From NCBI GenBank assembly GCA_028823885.1, contig JAPPFK010000152.1, positions 293 to 64,292 on the forward strand: a stretch of 64,000 nucleotides of DNA, read 5' to 3'. A program made the position numbers and the translations under genes. This document shows, one piece after another, positions 9,396 through 18,845 of this stretch. Within the stretch, counting starts at the first letter, position 1. Each line of letters starts with the position of its first letter. Under the pieces are notes generated by a model. It searched no databases. It saw only the letters and a program-made list of their open reading frames with translations, and had not been told where the DNA came from. The DNA is from Rhodospirillales bacterium (GTDB lineage Bacteria > Pseudomonadota > Alphaproteobacteria > Rhodospirillales > UBA2165).

Positions 9396-10127
9396 TTGAC
9401 CTCAGAGCCGAGAGGCCCATCCTTGTCGTCGCGTGATTCAGACCAAATCTATGTTTTTGTGGGATACGATCCGCGGGAAGCGGTCGCCTACCATGTCCTA
9501 TCGCATTCGATTCATCGTCGTGCCTCTAAACCCGTCTCCATTACCCCATTGATGCTTACACAACTGGACGGATTGATGTGGCGGGATCGACACAACCTGC
9601 AATCTACCGACTTCTCGTTCTCCCGTTTTCTAGTCCCCCATCTCCGTGAGTATCAGGGCTGGGCCATCTTCATGGATTGCGACATGTTGGTGCTCGACAA
9701 TTTGGCGGAGCTATGGGCGCTTCGTGACGATCAGTTCGCGGTGCAAGTGGTTAAACACGATCACCGGCCAAAGAAAGGCACCAAGTTCCTAGGGCAGCAA
9801 CAAACCACATACGAAAAAAAGAACTGGTCAAGTGTGATGCTGTTCAACTGTGCCCGATGCGCCGCATTAACGCCTGAATACGTCAATACGGCATCCGGGC
9901 TTGAACTGCATCGCTTCCATTGGCTAGGGGATGACGCGCTGATCGGGGAGATTCCGAATCGTTGGAATCATCTCGTCGACTATGATCCGGATTTACCGAC
10001 GGACGAAATCAGCAACCTGCACTTCACCACCGGCGGCCCTTATTTTGACGACTACAAGGATTGTGGCTATGCCGAGTTATGGTTCGCCGAGCGTGACCGC
10101 ATGTTGTACGCCGGACCGAACCACTAG
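9396..10127 (+). CDS. GT8-like glycosyltransferase (DxD type)
   Basis: 243 aa: IYVFVGYD, FSFSRFLVPHL, AIFMDCDMLVLDNLAELW (DxD), MLFNC. Lower G+C than the flanks by eye. The exact start (TTG 9396) is uncertain. Confidence 0.6.
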   Translation: MTSEPRGPSLSSRDSDQIYVFVGYDPREAVAYHVLSHSIHRRASKPVSITPLMLTQLDGLMWRDRHNLQSTDFSFSRFLVPHLREYQGWAIFMDCDMLVLDNLAELWALRDDQFAVQVVKHDHRPKKGTKFLGQQQTTYEKKNWSSVMLFNCARCAALTPEYVNTASGLELHRFHWLGDDALIGEIPNRWNHLVDYDPDLPTDEISNLHFTTGGPYFDDYKDCGYAELWFAERDRMLYAGPNH

Positions 10128-10233
10128 GTCACGAACGCTTGGACGGCATCAAAGCGCAGCCGAGCGCGATTTTTCGTTTGAGCAAATCGTTGCTTCCGAT
10201 AAATCGATTAGTTGACATTGCACACCGGAAATC

Positions 10234-11373
10234 ATGAGTTCACCAAAATCATTTGTCGTCAACGGATTACGTAGGAGCGGCACGACGCTTCTTGAGCGGG
10301 TGTTCGACTCGCAGCCGAACATCACGTGTTTTTCATTCAAGTTCGACATTTTGACCTTTATTGCGCAAGCCAAAGGGCTCGACGGTAAAGGGGCGGTGAT
10401 GTTCGAGGATTTTACGTCCGAGGAATTTTCGCTGTCGGAGCGGTCGATTGCCGAGTGGCGGCTATTTATGGCCGAATCTTTGACAGGCGCCCTTTTTGGC
10501 GAAGAACTTGCTTACGGAAAAATTAGCGAAAAGGCAACAGACCAAATCTACGGTATGTCGTTCGACAACTACATGAAGATCATTCGAGTGATAGAGGATG
10601 CTGATGATCCGGCGGACATTTCATCGATCCTCGGCGGAATCGCGGCCCACCTGAACAAAGCCGCCGTCGGCATTCATTGGACCTTCAGTCACCGCTATGC
10701 TCCGGTATTCCTGCGGTCGGACAATGCCTATTGGATTGAAATTATTCGTGATCCCTACGAAAGACGCATGTCTGACAAACTGCGGAGCGGAACCCACTTT
10801 TTGGACTTTATCCGCCACACTCAGGATGGCCTGAATTTTGCAACGGACTTCAAACACCCCCGGTTCATGTTCGTTCGTTTTGAGGATTTGATTGACGACA
10901 CCAAAACGACTTTGAAGAAGTTGTCGGATTTTCTGGATACGGAAATTGAAGAAACGGAACTGATACATCCAATGGGCGGGCCCTTCAAACCCAACACCTC
11001 TCTGAACACATTGGACGGCAAAAGTACAAATTATCAAAATGGGGACTACGGCAGCAGAATAGGCGCTCTGAGCCGCGACAAATGGGCCTCGAAGATGACG
11101 GATTACGAGCGTTCGCTAATCACCAGGTCCATAAATTTGAGAGGTTTGTATGAGGCTCGGCCAGGCACGGCAGGCTCGGGCGCCCGGGCCGCCGTCGCAT
11201 TGGCCGGTATGAAGTTCCGGCGAGGCCTCAAAATCTATTATAAAAAAATATGTAAATGGCGCTCTCGCCCAGTTGGGGTACAAAATCACCAAAACCAGCG
11301 TAGATCGCCTATAGATCAGAGTCGCCTTCCAATCAGGCAGGCCACGATCCATCGAAGTCCTCGTCCCGCATGA
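10234..11373 (+). CDS. sulfotransferase-family protein
   Basis: 5'-PSB loop GLRRSGTTLLERV near the N-terminus and a 3'-PB-like IIRDPYERRMSDKL. AT-richer than its neighbours. The low-complexity C-terminal tail suggests the true stop or frame may differ. Confidence 0.65.
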   Translation: MSSPKSFVVNGLRRSGTTLLERVFDSQPNITCFSFKFDILTFIAQAKGLDGKGAVMFEDFTSEEFSLSERSIAEWRLFMAESLTGALFGEELAYGKISEKATDQIYGMSFDNYMKIIRVIEDADDPADISSILGGIAAHLNKAAVGIHWTFSHRYAPVFLRSDNAYWIEIIRDPYERRMSDKLRSGTHFLDFIRHTQDGLNFATDFKHPRFMFVRFEDLIDDTKTTLKKLSDFLDTEIEETELIHPMGGPFKPNTSLNTLDGKSTNYQNGDYGSRIGALSRDKWASKMTDYERSLITRSINLRGLYEARPGTAGSGARAAVALAGMKFRRGLKIYYKKICKWRSRPVGVQNHQNQRRSPIDQSRLPIRQATIHRSPRPA

Positions 11374-11430
11374 GCGCCTGCCCGCACTCCTGCCGGCGCA
11401 GCCTGTCAAAACCTCGGTGCTGAGAATCTA

Positions 11431-12507
11431 ATGCCCGCGACCAAGGATGACGTCCAGCGGTTCTGGGGAGCGCTCCACGACTCCCTCCACGCGGGGGGCG
11501 GGGACGGGCCTGGCCGCGGGGACCTGCTCCGGAGCCTCGACGACCTGGAGGACATGTTCCGCCTCCGCCGCCACATGGCGGTCGTGGAGATGCCCCTGCA
11601 GGCGCTCGAGGGTCTGCGGGTTCTGGAGGTGGGCTCGGGCGCCGGCGGTCATTCGGCCCTGTTCGCCCGCCACGGGGCGCGGGTGACGGCGGTGGACCTG
11701 ACGGCGGCGCGGACGCGCGCGACCCGGGCCAAATTCGACGTCCTGGGCGAGTCCGCCGCGGGTTGCCTGGCGGTGCAGGCGGACGCGGAGCGGCTGCCTT
11801 TCGCGGAGGACAGCTTCGACATCGTCTATTCCAACGGCGTCCTTCACCACACGCCGGACACGGAGGCCGCCGTCGCCGAAGTCCGCCGCGTTCTCAAGCC
11901 CGGGGGGAAGGCCGTAATCATGCTCTACTGCAAGTCCTCCTGGCACTATTGGATCAACCTTTGGCTCTGCGTCGGCGTGCTCATGGGCAAGGCGTTCCGG
12001 GACCGCCACTGGCTGGGCAAGGCGACGGAGTGGGGCGGCGGCCACGCTCAGACGGTCGAGAACCCCGTCACCCGCTGCTACACCGCCGCCGGCATCCGCC
12101 GGTTGTTCGCGGGCTTCGCCGGGCTGAGCCTGCGCAAGAGCGAATTCTACTTCTACCTCATCCCGAAGCTCGGCCGGTTGTACCGGCGCTGGCAGGTGCG
12201 CCGCTACGGCACTCACCCGGGGGGCGTGCCGGTCTATGGGGAGCCGTGGCCGATCCAGTCGCCCCTGGAGTTCCTCCTCGGCCCGGTCATGGGCTGGGCC
12301 TGGTTCATCGCCGCCACGAAGCCGGCGCCGGGGCAAGGCGCCCTGGACGAACCGCCGCCGGCCGGGACCGCTTCGGACGGGTCATCCTTCATGCCTTCCC
12401 CGTCGCCGCCGCGACATGGAAGCAGCTCAAGCCAACAAAGGGGTTCCCCTTTCGACTCAAAACCGAGTCGTCCCGCACCAGGTCCGGTTCCCGTTCCATT
12501 GACATGA
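11431..12507 (+). CDS. class I SAM-dependent methyltransferase
   Basis: Motif I VLEVGSGAGGHSALFARHGARVTAVDL, motif II FDIVYSNGVLHH, and LKPGGKAVIM. The stop overlaps the next start (ATGA at 12504-12507). Confidence 0.75.
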   Translation: MPATKDDVQRFWGALHDSLHAGGGDGPGRGDLLRSLDDLEDMFRLRRHMAVVEMPLQALEGLRVLEVGSGAGGHSALFARHGARVTAVDLTAARTRATRAKFDVLGESAAGCLAVQADAERLPFAEDSFDIVYSNGVLHHTPDTEAAVAEVRRVLKPGGKAVIMLYCKSSWHYWINLWLCVGVLMGKAFRDRHWLGKATEWGGGHAQTVENPVTRCYTAAGIRRLFAGFAGLSLRKSEFYFYLIPKLGRLYRRWQVRRYGTHPGGVPVYGEPWPIQSPLEFLLGPVMGWAWFIAATKPAPGQGALDEPPPAGTASDGSSFMPSPSPPRHGSSSSQQRGSPFDSKPSRPAPGPVPVPLT

Positions 12508-14321
12508 TCGCCTCGGCAAGAAAACTCTACGATCTGATCGCACCGGCTTCGCGCGCCAGGATCCTGTTCCTGATAGTGCCGATGCTCATAACAGCCGTTC
12601 TCGAAATGGCGAGCATCGGAATGGTGCTTCCCGTGGTTCACATTTGGTTTGCGGGCGATACCGGTACCGGCCCCTTGGCAACGATCACCCGGTTCCTGCC
12701 GGACGCGTTGACGAAGAATTCCGGGGTCTGGCTGATCGTGCTCTTTGCAGCGCTCTTCGTCGTGAAGAACGTGATGGTTTTCGGCCTGACCCATCTCGTC
12801 AATCTGCTGGTTTACCTGGCGGCGGCGGATTTCATTTTCCGCCTGCATGGGGTCTATACCCGGCGCTCGCTGCTGTTCCATACCCGGAACAACAGCGCGG
12901 CGCTCCTCCGCAATCTCTTCGCCGGCGCCGGACAATCCTTTGAATGCATACGCATCTTCCTGCTGATGGTTCTCGATTTCCTATTGATGGCCGTGGTGAT
13001 AGCGCTGCTGCTGGCCGTGGAGCCCGTGGTGACGCTGCAACTGGCCGCCCTGATGCTGGTTGCCGGCCTGGTATTTTACAGGCTGGCCGCCCCGGCATTC
13101 CGACGGTGGGGCGAGAAGACAATGGAGCTCGAGGGCCACCTCATAAAATGGATCAACCAATCCTTCGACGGCATTCGCGACGTCAAAATCCTGAACGCCC
13201 ATGACCACGTCAATCGACACGTTGGAGACGTCGCCCGGGAGCGTGGAATTTTCCTGAGTTGGGCAACCTCGTCACTCCAGATACCCCGCCTGCTCATCGA
13301 AACGGTCGTGATAATCGGGTTCGTCCTGCTGGCAAGCTGGCTGGTGTCGGCGCGGGGCGCGACGGCCGAGGCGGTCAGCCTTCTGGGACTGTTCGGCATG
13401 GCCGCCTTGCGAATCATGCCGTCGGTCAATCGCATCTTGTCGAACGCGTCGAATCTGAAGAACCGCGCGGCCTACATCGATGCGGTCCACCACGATTACA
13501 CGATAGCCGAGGAAGCCGGCACGAACGAAGAACGGCAAATCGACCGGGCCGGGCTCGAGTTTAACCACGGGATCGTGCTCGACGGCGTGAACTTTCATTA
13601 TGACGAAACGGGAACGCCGGCCGTCGCGGACATTGATCTGACAATTCCCAAGGGGTTCAAGGTCGGCATTGTCGGTCCCTCCGGAGCCGGCAAGACAACG
13701 TTGGTCGATCTGTTTCTGGGGCTGCTCGCACCCCGGTCGGGCCGGCTATTGGTCGACGGAAAAGACATTCACGACAATCTTCGGGCATGGCAGGACCTGA
13801 TCGGCTACGTGCCCCAACAGCCGTTCTTGATTGATGACACCCTGCGCAGAAACATTGCCTTTGGCCTGGATGATGAGGATATCGACGAACACCGGTTGGA
13901 GATCGTCGTCGCTTCGGCCGACCTCGGCGGGGTCGTCGGGGATTTGGAGCATGGGCTCGATTCGGTGTTGGGCGAGAAAGGAGCGCGCATATCCGGCGGC
14001 CAACGGCAGAGAGTGGCGGTGGCGCGCGCTCTCTACCGCAACCCGGAGGTTCTGGTCTTCGACGAGCCGACATCCGCGCTCGACAATCAAAGCGAAGCCG
14101 AGTTCGTAAGCAACATCGAACGGCAAAGCGAGGCCGGAAAAACGATTTTGGTGGTCGCCCACCGGCTTAGCACCGTACGCCGTTGCGACTTGATCATATT
14201 CCTGAAGAACGGACGGATTGCCGGCCAAGGCAACCTGAACGAGCTTATGCAAAGCAACGACGAGTTCCGCGGCCTGGTGGAGATGGGCAATGTGGTGCAG
14301 CCGGTCGATCAGGATGGATGA
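12504..14321 (+). CDS. fused ABC transporter permease/ATPase (MsbA/PglK-like exporter or flippase)
   Basis: Internal ATG at 12504 (MIASARKLYDL) of the 852-aa ORF. Six-TM N-terminal domain, then Walker A GPSGAGKTT, signature ISGGQRQR and Walker B VLVFDEPTSALD. Confidence 0.85.
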   Translation: MIASARKLYDLIAPASRARILFLIVPMLITAVLEMASIGMVLPVVHIWFAGDTGTGPLATITRFLPDALTKNSGVWLIVLFAALFVVKNVMVFGLTHLVNLLVYLAAADFIFRLHGVYTRRSLLFHTRNNSAALLRNLFAGAGQSFECIRIFLLMVLDFLLMAVVIALLLAVEPVVTLQLAALMLVAGLVFYRLAAPAFRRWGEKTMELEGHLIKWINQSFDGIRDVKILNAHDHVNRHVGDVARERGIFLSWATSSLQIPRLLIETVVIIGFVLLASWLVSARGATAEAVSLLGLFGMAALRIMPSVNRILSNASNLKNRAAYIDAVHHDYTIAEEAGTNEERQIDRAGLEFNHGIVLDGVNFHYDETGTPAVADIDLTIPKGFKVGIVGPSGAGKTTLVDLFLGLLAPRSGRLLVDGKDIHDNLRAWQDLIGYVPQQPFLIDDTLRRNIAFGLDDEDIDEHRLEIVVASADLGGVVGDLEHGLDSVLGEKGARISGGQRQRVAVARALYRNPEVLVFDEPTSALDNQSEAEFVSNIERQSEAGKTILVVAHRLSTVRRCDLIIFLKNGRIAGQGNLNELMQSNDEFRGLVEMGNVVQPVDQDG

Positions 14322-14345
14322 ATTCCCGCGGGCCGACTTGACGAT

Positions 14346-16019
14346 GTGCCGGGAAATTTGGTGCCGGTCTCCCTAAGGCATTCGAGAAATGCGCGGCTGG
14401 CGGGCGGCCAAATGGTCTGGCTTGCGATCACCGGATCGTCGTGCCGGCTGCCGCCGGACCGGATGCTGCCCGAAGTCGGGCGACAACTCGAAGAGTCCTA
14501 CGAAGCGGTTTGTGGGCAGTGGATGTCGCTTGGCCGCAGGTTCTCCAAGGAACGCCGGGGTTGGTTGGCCGATATGCCCACGGCTGCCGTCGATATTTGT
14601 GATTTCGGCCTCATGCTGGCCTGGAGCGGCTTGGTCTCGGGACTCGCCCGGCAGGAGCGGGAAGTGCTCGTCGTATGCGACGACCCTTGGATGTTTCGGC
14701 ATCTGGGAACCTTGCCGGGCGTGACGGCGCATGGCGGCGTTGCATTATGGCGGCACCGGCTGAGGCTGCTCCTGCGCGGCTACGCTTCCCGTCTCAAAGT
14801 CTCACTGCGGGTAGCGCTGGCTGCGCTGCTCTACCGGTCGCAGCGGCGGCGGCATGTGATCAACCCCGGGGCCCCCGCGGTCGTCGCTTACGGTCACCCG
14901 TCCAGCCGGGGAGACGGATATGATGCATATTTCGGCGATCTCGTACTCCGTAATCCCCAAATCCTGCGAATACTGCACACGGACCTTATCGGCGATCGCA
15001 TACGGACCCTAACGACGGAGCGGCATTCGGCCAGTTTTCACGCCTGGGGAAATCCGCTCTTTGCGCTCACCCTGCCATTCGTTCGATGGAAGCCCCTGCT
15101 CGGTGAAGGCGACAAACCATATGCCTGGCTCGTCCGCCGGGCGGCCGAAACCGAGAATGGAGGCGGCGCTCTCGCCATGACCCGATGGCAAAATCACTGT
15201 CACGAGAATTGGCTCGAGAGCGTACGTCCGCGTTGCGTGGTTTGGCCCTGGGAGAATCACCCATGGGAACGGGATTTCGTTCGGCGATGCGATAACCTTG
15301 ATATCGAAACTCGAGGGTACCAGCACACGGTTGTCGGCCGGCACCGGCTCAACTTCAGCCCGAAAACGAATTTCGACGACGAGCGCAGTCTGCCGAACCG
15401 AATAATCTGCAACGGCCCGGCATATTTGGAACAACTGACCCAATTCGGTCTCGATCCCGCCCGGCTGATCGTCGGGGGCGCATTTCGATTTCCCTTGGTC
15501 GGCCATGACCATTACGACCCTGAAGGCCCGGTTTACGTGGCGCTGTCCCACGTCACCGGCATCGCGTCGCAAATGTTGGCCGCCATCGAATCCCTGCCGG
15601 CAAAATGCGCCAAATTCGTGGTCAAGAGCCATCCCATGTATCCCGTGGATTTTGACGAGAGTGAGAACATTAGCCGTACGCAGGCAACAATTCCGGAATT
15701 TCGAGGAATGCGGGCGGTACTGTACAGTACCGGGGCAACCGGACTTGAGGGGGCGATGATCGGGGTGCCGACCTGGCGGTTTCGTCCGGCTGACCGGATC
15801 GCTCCCGATATTCTGCCGAACAATGTGAGGTTGCCGTCGATAGCCAGGAGTGATATCGAATCCATCCTCGATCCACAGCCTGAATTCGCGCCGGTAGACT
15901 GGAATCAGGTCATGGCGCCGGTGGATATGGCGGTTTGGGCACGCGAGTTGGGCCTACCCGCTGTCCGGCAAGATGTCCGCGGGCCGGCTCACCTTGACGG
16001 TGCCGGCGGAGTTCCCTGA
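14346..16019 (+). CDS. hypothetical protein, possible GT-B-like/capsule-type enzyme
   Basis: 557-aa ORF (alternative ATG at 12 412 is not meant; the alternative ATG is at 14412). The C-terminal region (KFVVKSHPMYPVDFDE, AVLYSTGATGLEGAMIGVP) follows the same Rossmann-like pattern as the C-terminus of 7491-9236. No diagnostic motif. Confidence 0.4.
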   Translation: MPGNLVPVSLRHSRNARLAGGQMVWLAITGSSCRLPPDRMLPEVGRQLEESYEAVCGQWMSLGRRFSKERRGWLADMPTAAVDICDFGLMLAWSGLVSGLARQEREVLVVCDDPWMFRHLGTLPGVTAHGGVALWRHRLRLLLRGYASRLKVSLRVALAALLYRSQRRRHVINPGAPAVVAYGHPSSRGDGYDAYFGDLVLRNPQILRILHTDLIGDRIRTLTTERHSASFHAWGNPLFALTLPFVRWKPLLGEGDKPYAWLVRRAAETENGGGALAMTRWQNHCHENWLESVRPRCVVWPWENHPWERDFVRRCDNLDIETRGYQHTVVGRHRLNFSPKTNFDDERSLPNRIICNGPAYLEQLTQFGLDPARLIVGGAFRFPLVGHDHYDPEGPVYVALSHVTGIASQMLAAIESLPAKCAKFVVKSHPMYPVDFDESENISRTQATIPEFRGMRAVLYSTGATGLEGAMIGVPTWRFRPADRIAPDILPNNVRLPSIARSDIESILDPQPEFAPVDWNQVMAPVDMAVWARELGLPAVRQDVRGPAHLDGAGGVP

Positions 16020-16049
16020 TGATGCGGCGAATTGGTGGAATTACGGACG

Positions 16050-17255
16050 ATGAGTAAGTTTGTCTGCAAACACCCGTGGACTCATTTCGAGGTCAACAAC
16101 CCCAACGGCGATGTCACCATGTGCTGCAACAACGACATGGTCATGGGGAATGTGAACGAAGGTTCCATCGAGGAAATTTGGAACGGCGAGAAGTTTCAAG
16201 ATGCTCGTCGTCGGATGCGCGACGATGGCGCACTCTCGATGTGTCCGCATACCTGCCCGGTACTTCAAGGCGGCAAGAAGTACGAGAACATCGACTGGCT
16301 GGACAAGCTCAGCGAGGATGGCGAACCCCATAAGAACGCCGTCCTTAACGACGAGGAATACGATCGCGGCGATACGGCCCTTGAATCCACGCCAAGGTGG
16401 TTGCGATTCACCTACTCGTACGCGTGCAACCTGGATTGTTATCACTGTTACCAGCGTGAGGACGCAAAGATAAGAGCCAAGCTGCCGGACAAATTTATGG
16501 CGGAAATGGCCGAGTTCGCTGAACGGAGCCAGGTGGTGTTTCCGTTTGGCGGCGAACCGTTCTTTTTCAGTCCCGTCGTTGCCTTTCTCGAGAATTACAA
16601 TACCAACCTCGAAACCCGCTTCATGTTCATCACGAACGCGACCCTGCTCACCGATCGGATTTACGAGATTCTGGAGAAGTTGACCATCTCCGGTTTCGCC
16701 GTGTCCCTGGATGCAGCCTCCGAACCGAGCTTCGATTTACTCCGCGTCCGTGGCCGCAACGCCACATGGCAAGCGGTGATGGAGAACCTCAGGCGGTTGA
16801 GCGAGTTGAAACAACGAAAAGGCTTCAGCCTTACCCTCGGCATGACCGTCAACCGCGTCAACTGCCATGAAATCGAGGATTTCGTCGACCTGGCGTTGGA
16901 GCATGACAGCGAGCCGCTCCTTCTTTTGGTCTCAAATCCCTTTCAGACCGTCGATTTCCAAAAATCCTACCTGGTTTTCGACGACAAACAGCTGCAGGAC
17001 ATGTTTGCGCAAATTGAGCGCTCATTGGCCAAAGTCCGGCAGGCCGGCTTGGAAGATGCGGAGGTTCACTTGAAGCTCTTGCGAGCCAATCTCCGAAATC
17101 ACCAGCTCTCGGAAAACAACCCGGCCCTTTTTCGGGCCAAGTCAACGGCAAGAGCCGCCTACCACCAGTTGCCGGAATTTCTGCAACTGCCGATCCGCCG
17201 CGTGGTACAGGGAGCGCGCGGCAAGCGGCTCGCGGAGAATCTCCCCGATGACTAA
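16050..17255 (+). CDS. radical SAM protein with an N-terminal SPASM/twitch-like Cys-rich domain
   Basis: Radical SAM triad CNLDCYHC (CxxxCxxC) at ~aa 120. This is preceded, not followed, by a SPASM-like block: CKHPWTHFEVNNPNGDVTMCCNNDMVMGNVNEGSIEEIWNGEKFQDARRRM, then MCPHTC. ATG 16050 chosen; the ORF opens at 16032. Confidence 0.7.
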   Translation: MSKFVCKHPWTHFEVNNPNGDVTMCCNNDMVMGNVNEGSIEEIWNGEKFQDARRRMRDDGALSMCPHTCPVLQGGKKYENIDWLDKLSEDGEPHKNAVLNDEEYDRGDTALESTPRWLRFTYSYACNLDCYHCYQREDAKIRAKLPDKFMAEMAEFAERSQVVFPFGGEPFFFSPVVAFLENYNTNLETRFMFITNATLLTDRIYEILEKLTISGFAVSLDAASEPSFDLLRVRGRNATWQAVMENLRRLSELKQRKGFSLTLGMTVNRVNCHEIEDFVDLALEHDSEPLLLLVSNPFQTVDFQKSYLVFDDKQLQDMFAQIERSLAKVRQAGLEDAEVHLKLLRANLRNHQLSENNPALFRAKSTARAAYHQLPEFLQLPIRRVVQGARGKRLAENLPDD

Positions 17256-17308
17256 CCCGCGTCCCGGCAGCTGAATTGTGCATCCGTACGTAGGACAACC
17301 CCCCACCG

Positions 17309-18064
17309 ATGAATGAGCTGAAATCAAGAGTCCGGCGTGGTGAGGTTTGTGTCGGCGGCTGGCTCACCGCCGCCTCCGGGCAAGTCGCCGAAGCGCTGGC
17401 AAGTTGCGGTTTCGACTGGCTTGCCGTGGACATGGAACATGGTGCGGCGGGATTGACCGAGGTCGAATCCGCATTTGTCGCCTGTGAGCGTCATGGTGTT
17501 GCTCCCCTTGTGCGGCTGCCGTCCGGGGATCCGATTTTGGCGCGCCGGGTCCTGGACCTAGGCGCGCACGGTGTGATTGTGCCCCAGGTGGAAAATGCCG
17601 GTGAGTTAAACGACTTCATCGGTCAGCTGGTGTATCCCCCAAAGGGGCGCCGCGGCGTCGCCCTGGGCCGATTCAATGCATGGGGGGATCAATTTACCGA
17701 GTATTTTTCATTCGAACCGCTGATCGCCGCCCAGATCGAGTCCCCTACAGGCGTCGAACAATCCCATGAGATTGCCGCATTGGAAGCCGTCGATGTTCTG
17801 TTCCTTGGGCCCTATGATCTCTCTGCCGGCCTTGGCGTTCCAGGTGACTTCGATTCGGACCGCTATGCCGCCGCCGTCGAGAGGGTGCGCTCGGCCTGCC
17901 AACCGCACAACACCGCATTGGGCTTGCATCAGGTCACCCCTGACGGGGAAGAACTTCGGCAACGCATCGCCGAGGGCTTCCGTTTTCTCGCATACGGCAC
18001 CGACATGATCGCCCTTCGACATGCGTTGGGCGAGGTACGGCAACTCAGGAATGAACGCCGTTAA
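17309..18064 (+). CDS. HpcH/HpaI-family (class II, pyruvate-dependent) aldolase
   Basis: 251 aa: GGWLTAASGQVAEALASCGFDWLAVDMEHGA, VRLPSGDP, IVPQVENA, QIESPTGV, LFLGPYDLS. Its stop overlaps the next start (TAATG). Confidence 0.8.
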   Translation: MNELKSRVRRGEVCVGGWLTAASGQVAEALASCGFDWLAVDMEHGAAGLTEVESAFVACERHGVAPLVRLPSGDPILARRVLDLGAHGVIVPQVENAGELNDFIGQLVYPPKGRRGVALGRFNAWGDQFTEYFSFEPLIAAQIESPTGVEQSHEIAALEAVDVLFLGPYDLSAGLGVPGDFDSDRYAAAVERVRSACQPHNTALGLHQVTPDGEELRQRIAEGFRFLAYGTDMIALRHALGEVRQLRNERR

Positions 18065-18828
18065 TGCGGATATTCGGGGTGATTCCCGCCCGGATGGGCT
18101 CGTCCCGATTCCCCGGGAAGCCATTGGCGCCGCTCATGGCCATGCCAATCGTGTGTCATGTCTTTCATCGAAGCCGGATGTTCGGTGAATTCGAACGGCT
18201 CGTCGTTGCAACCTGCGACCAGGAGATCGAAGACGCCGCCACCGGTTGCGGTGCGGAAGCGGTCACCACATCCGACCGCCACGAACGCGCCACGGATCGT
18301 GTCGCCGAGGCAATCGCGGTGCTTGATCTTCGGCCCGCTCCGGACGACCTGATAGTCATGGTGCAGGGTGACGAAGTATTCGTGTCGCCTGAAATGATCG
18401 GGAATGTCGTCGCGGCATACAAACCAACCGACAATGTTGCGGTCGTCAACTTGGCGTCCCGCCTGTCCCGTCCGGAAGATTTCGCCGACGCCAATACGGT
18501 AAAAGTCGCTATCGCCCCGGACGGCCGGGCCCTGTACTTCTCGAGATCGCCGATCCCCTCCCAATCCCGCGAATCCGCCGCCCCGATCTATCAGCAGACC
18601 GGGCTAATGGCGTTCCCGGCGAAATTTCTGAGCGAATTCGCCAGGCTTCCTTCAACGCCATTGGAGCGGATCGAATCGGTCGACCTTCTCCGGCTTCTTG
18701 AAAACGGGCATCGGGTTCAGATGGTGAAGACCGAGATTGAAACGATCGGCATAGACACGCCGGAAGACCTGGCGCGCGCGGAAACAATGATGCGCCATGA
18801 TCCGTTGGTTTCGGAATATATAACCTGA
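18064..18828 (+). CDS. CMP-ulosonic-acid synthetase (KdsB / acylneuraminate cytidylyltransferase family)
   Basis: 254 aa with N-terminus MRIFGVIPARMGSSRFPGKPLAPL, typical of the CTP_transf_3 family. Also VMVQGDE and IGIDTPEDLARAE. Confidence 0.8.
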   Translation: MRIFGVIPARMGSSRFPGKPLAPLMAMPIVCHVFHRSRMFGEFERLVVATCDQEIEDAATGCGAEAVTTSDRHERATDRVAEAIAVLDLRPAPDDLIVMVQGDEVFVSPEMIGNVVAAYKPTDNVAVVNLASRLSRPEDFADANTVKVAIAPDGRALYFSRSPIPSQSRESAAPIYQQTGLMAFPAKFLSEFARLPSTPLERIESVDLLRLLENGHRVQMVKTEIETIGIDTPEDLARAETMMRHDPLVSEYIT

Positions 18829-18845
18829 ATAGTTGACCCGACCTC

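Noticed and set aside
11763-12503. N-terminal 247-codon extension of the ABC-transporter ORF (852 aa in the track).
   Set aside because: The extension overlaps the methyltransferase gene in another frame and is Arg/Gly/Pro-rich. The transporter's first TM helix begins right after the internal ATG at 12504, which forms an ATGA overlap with the upstream stop.
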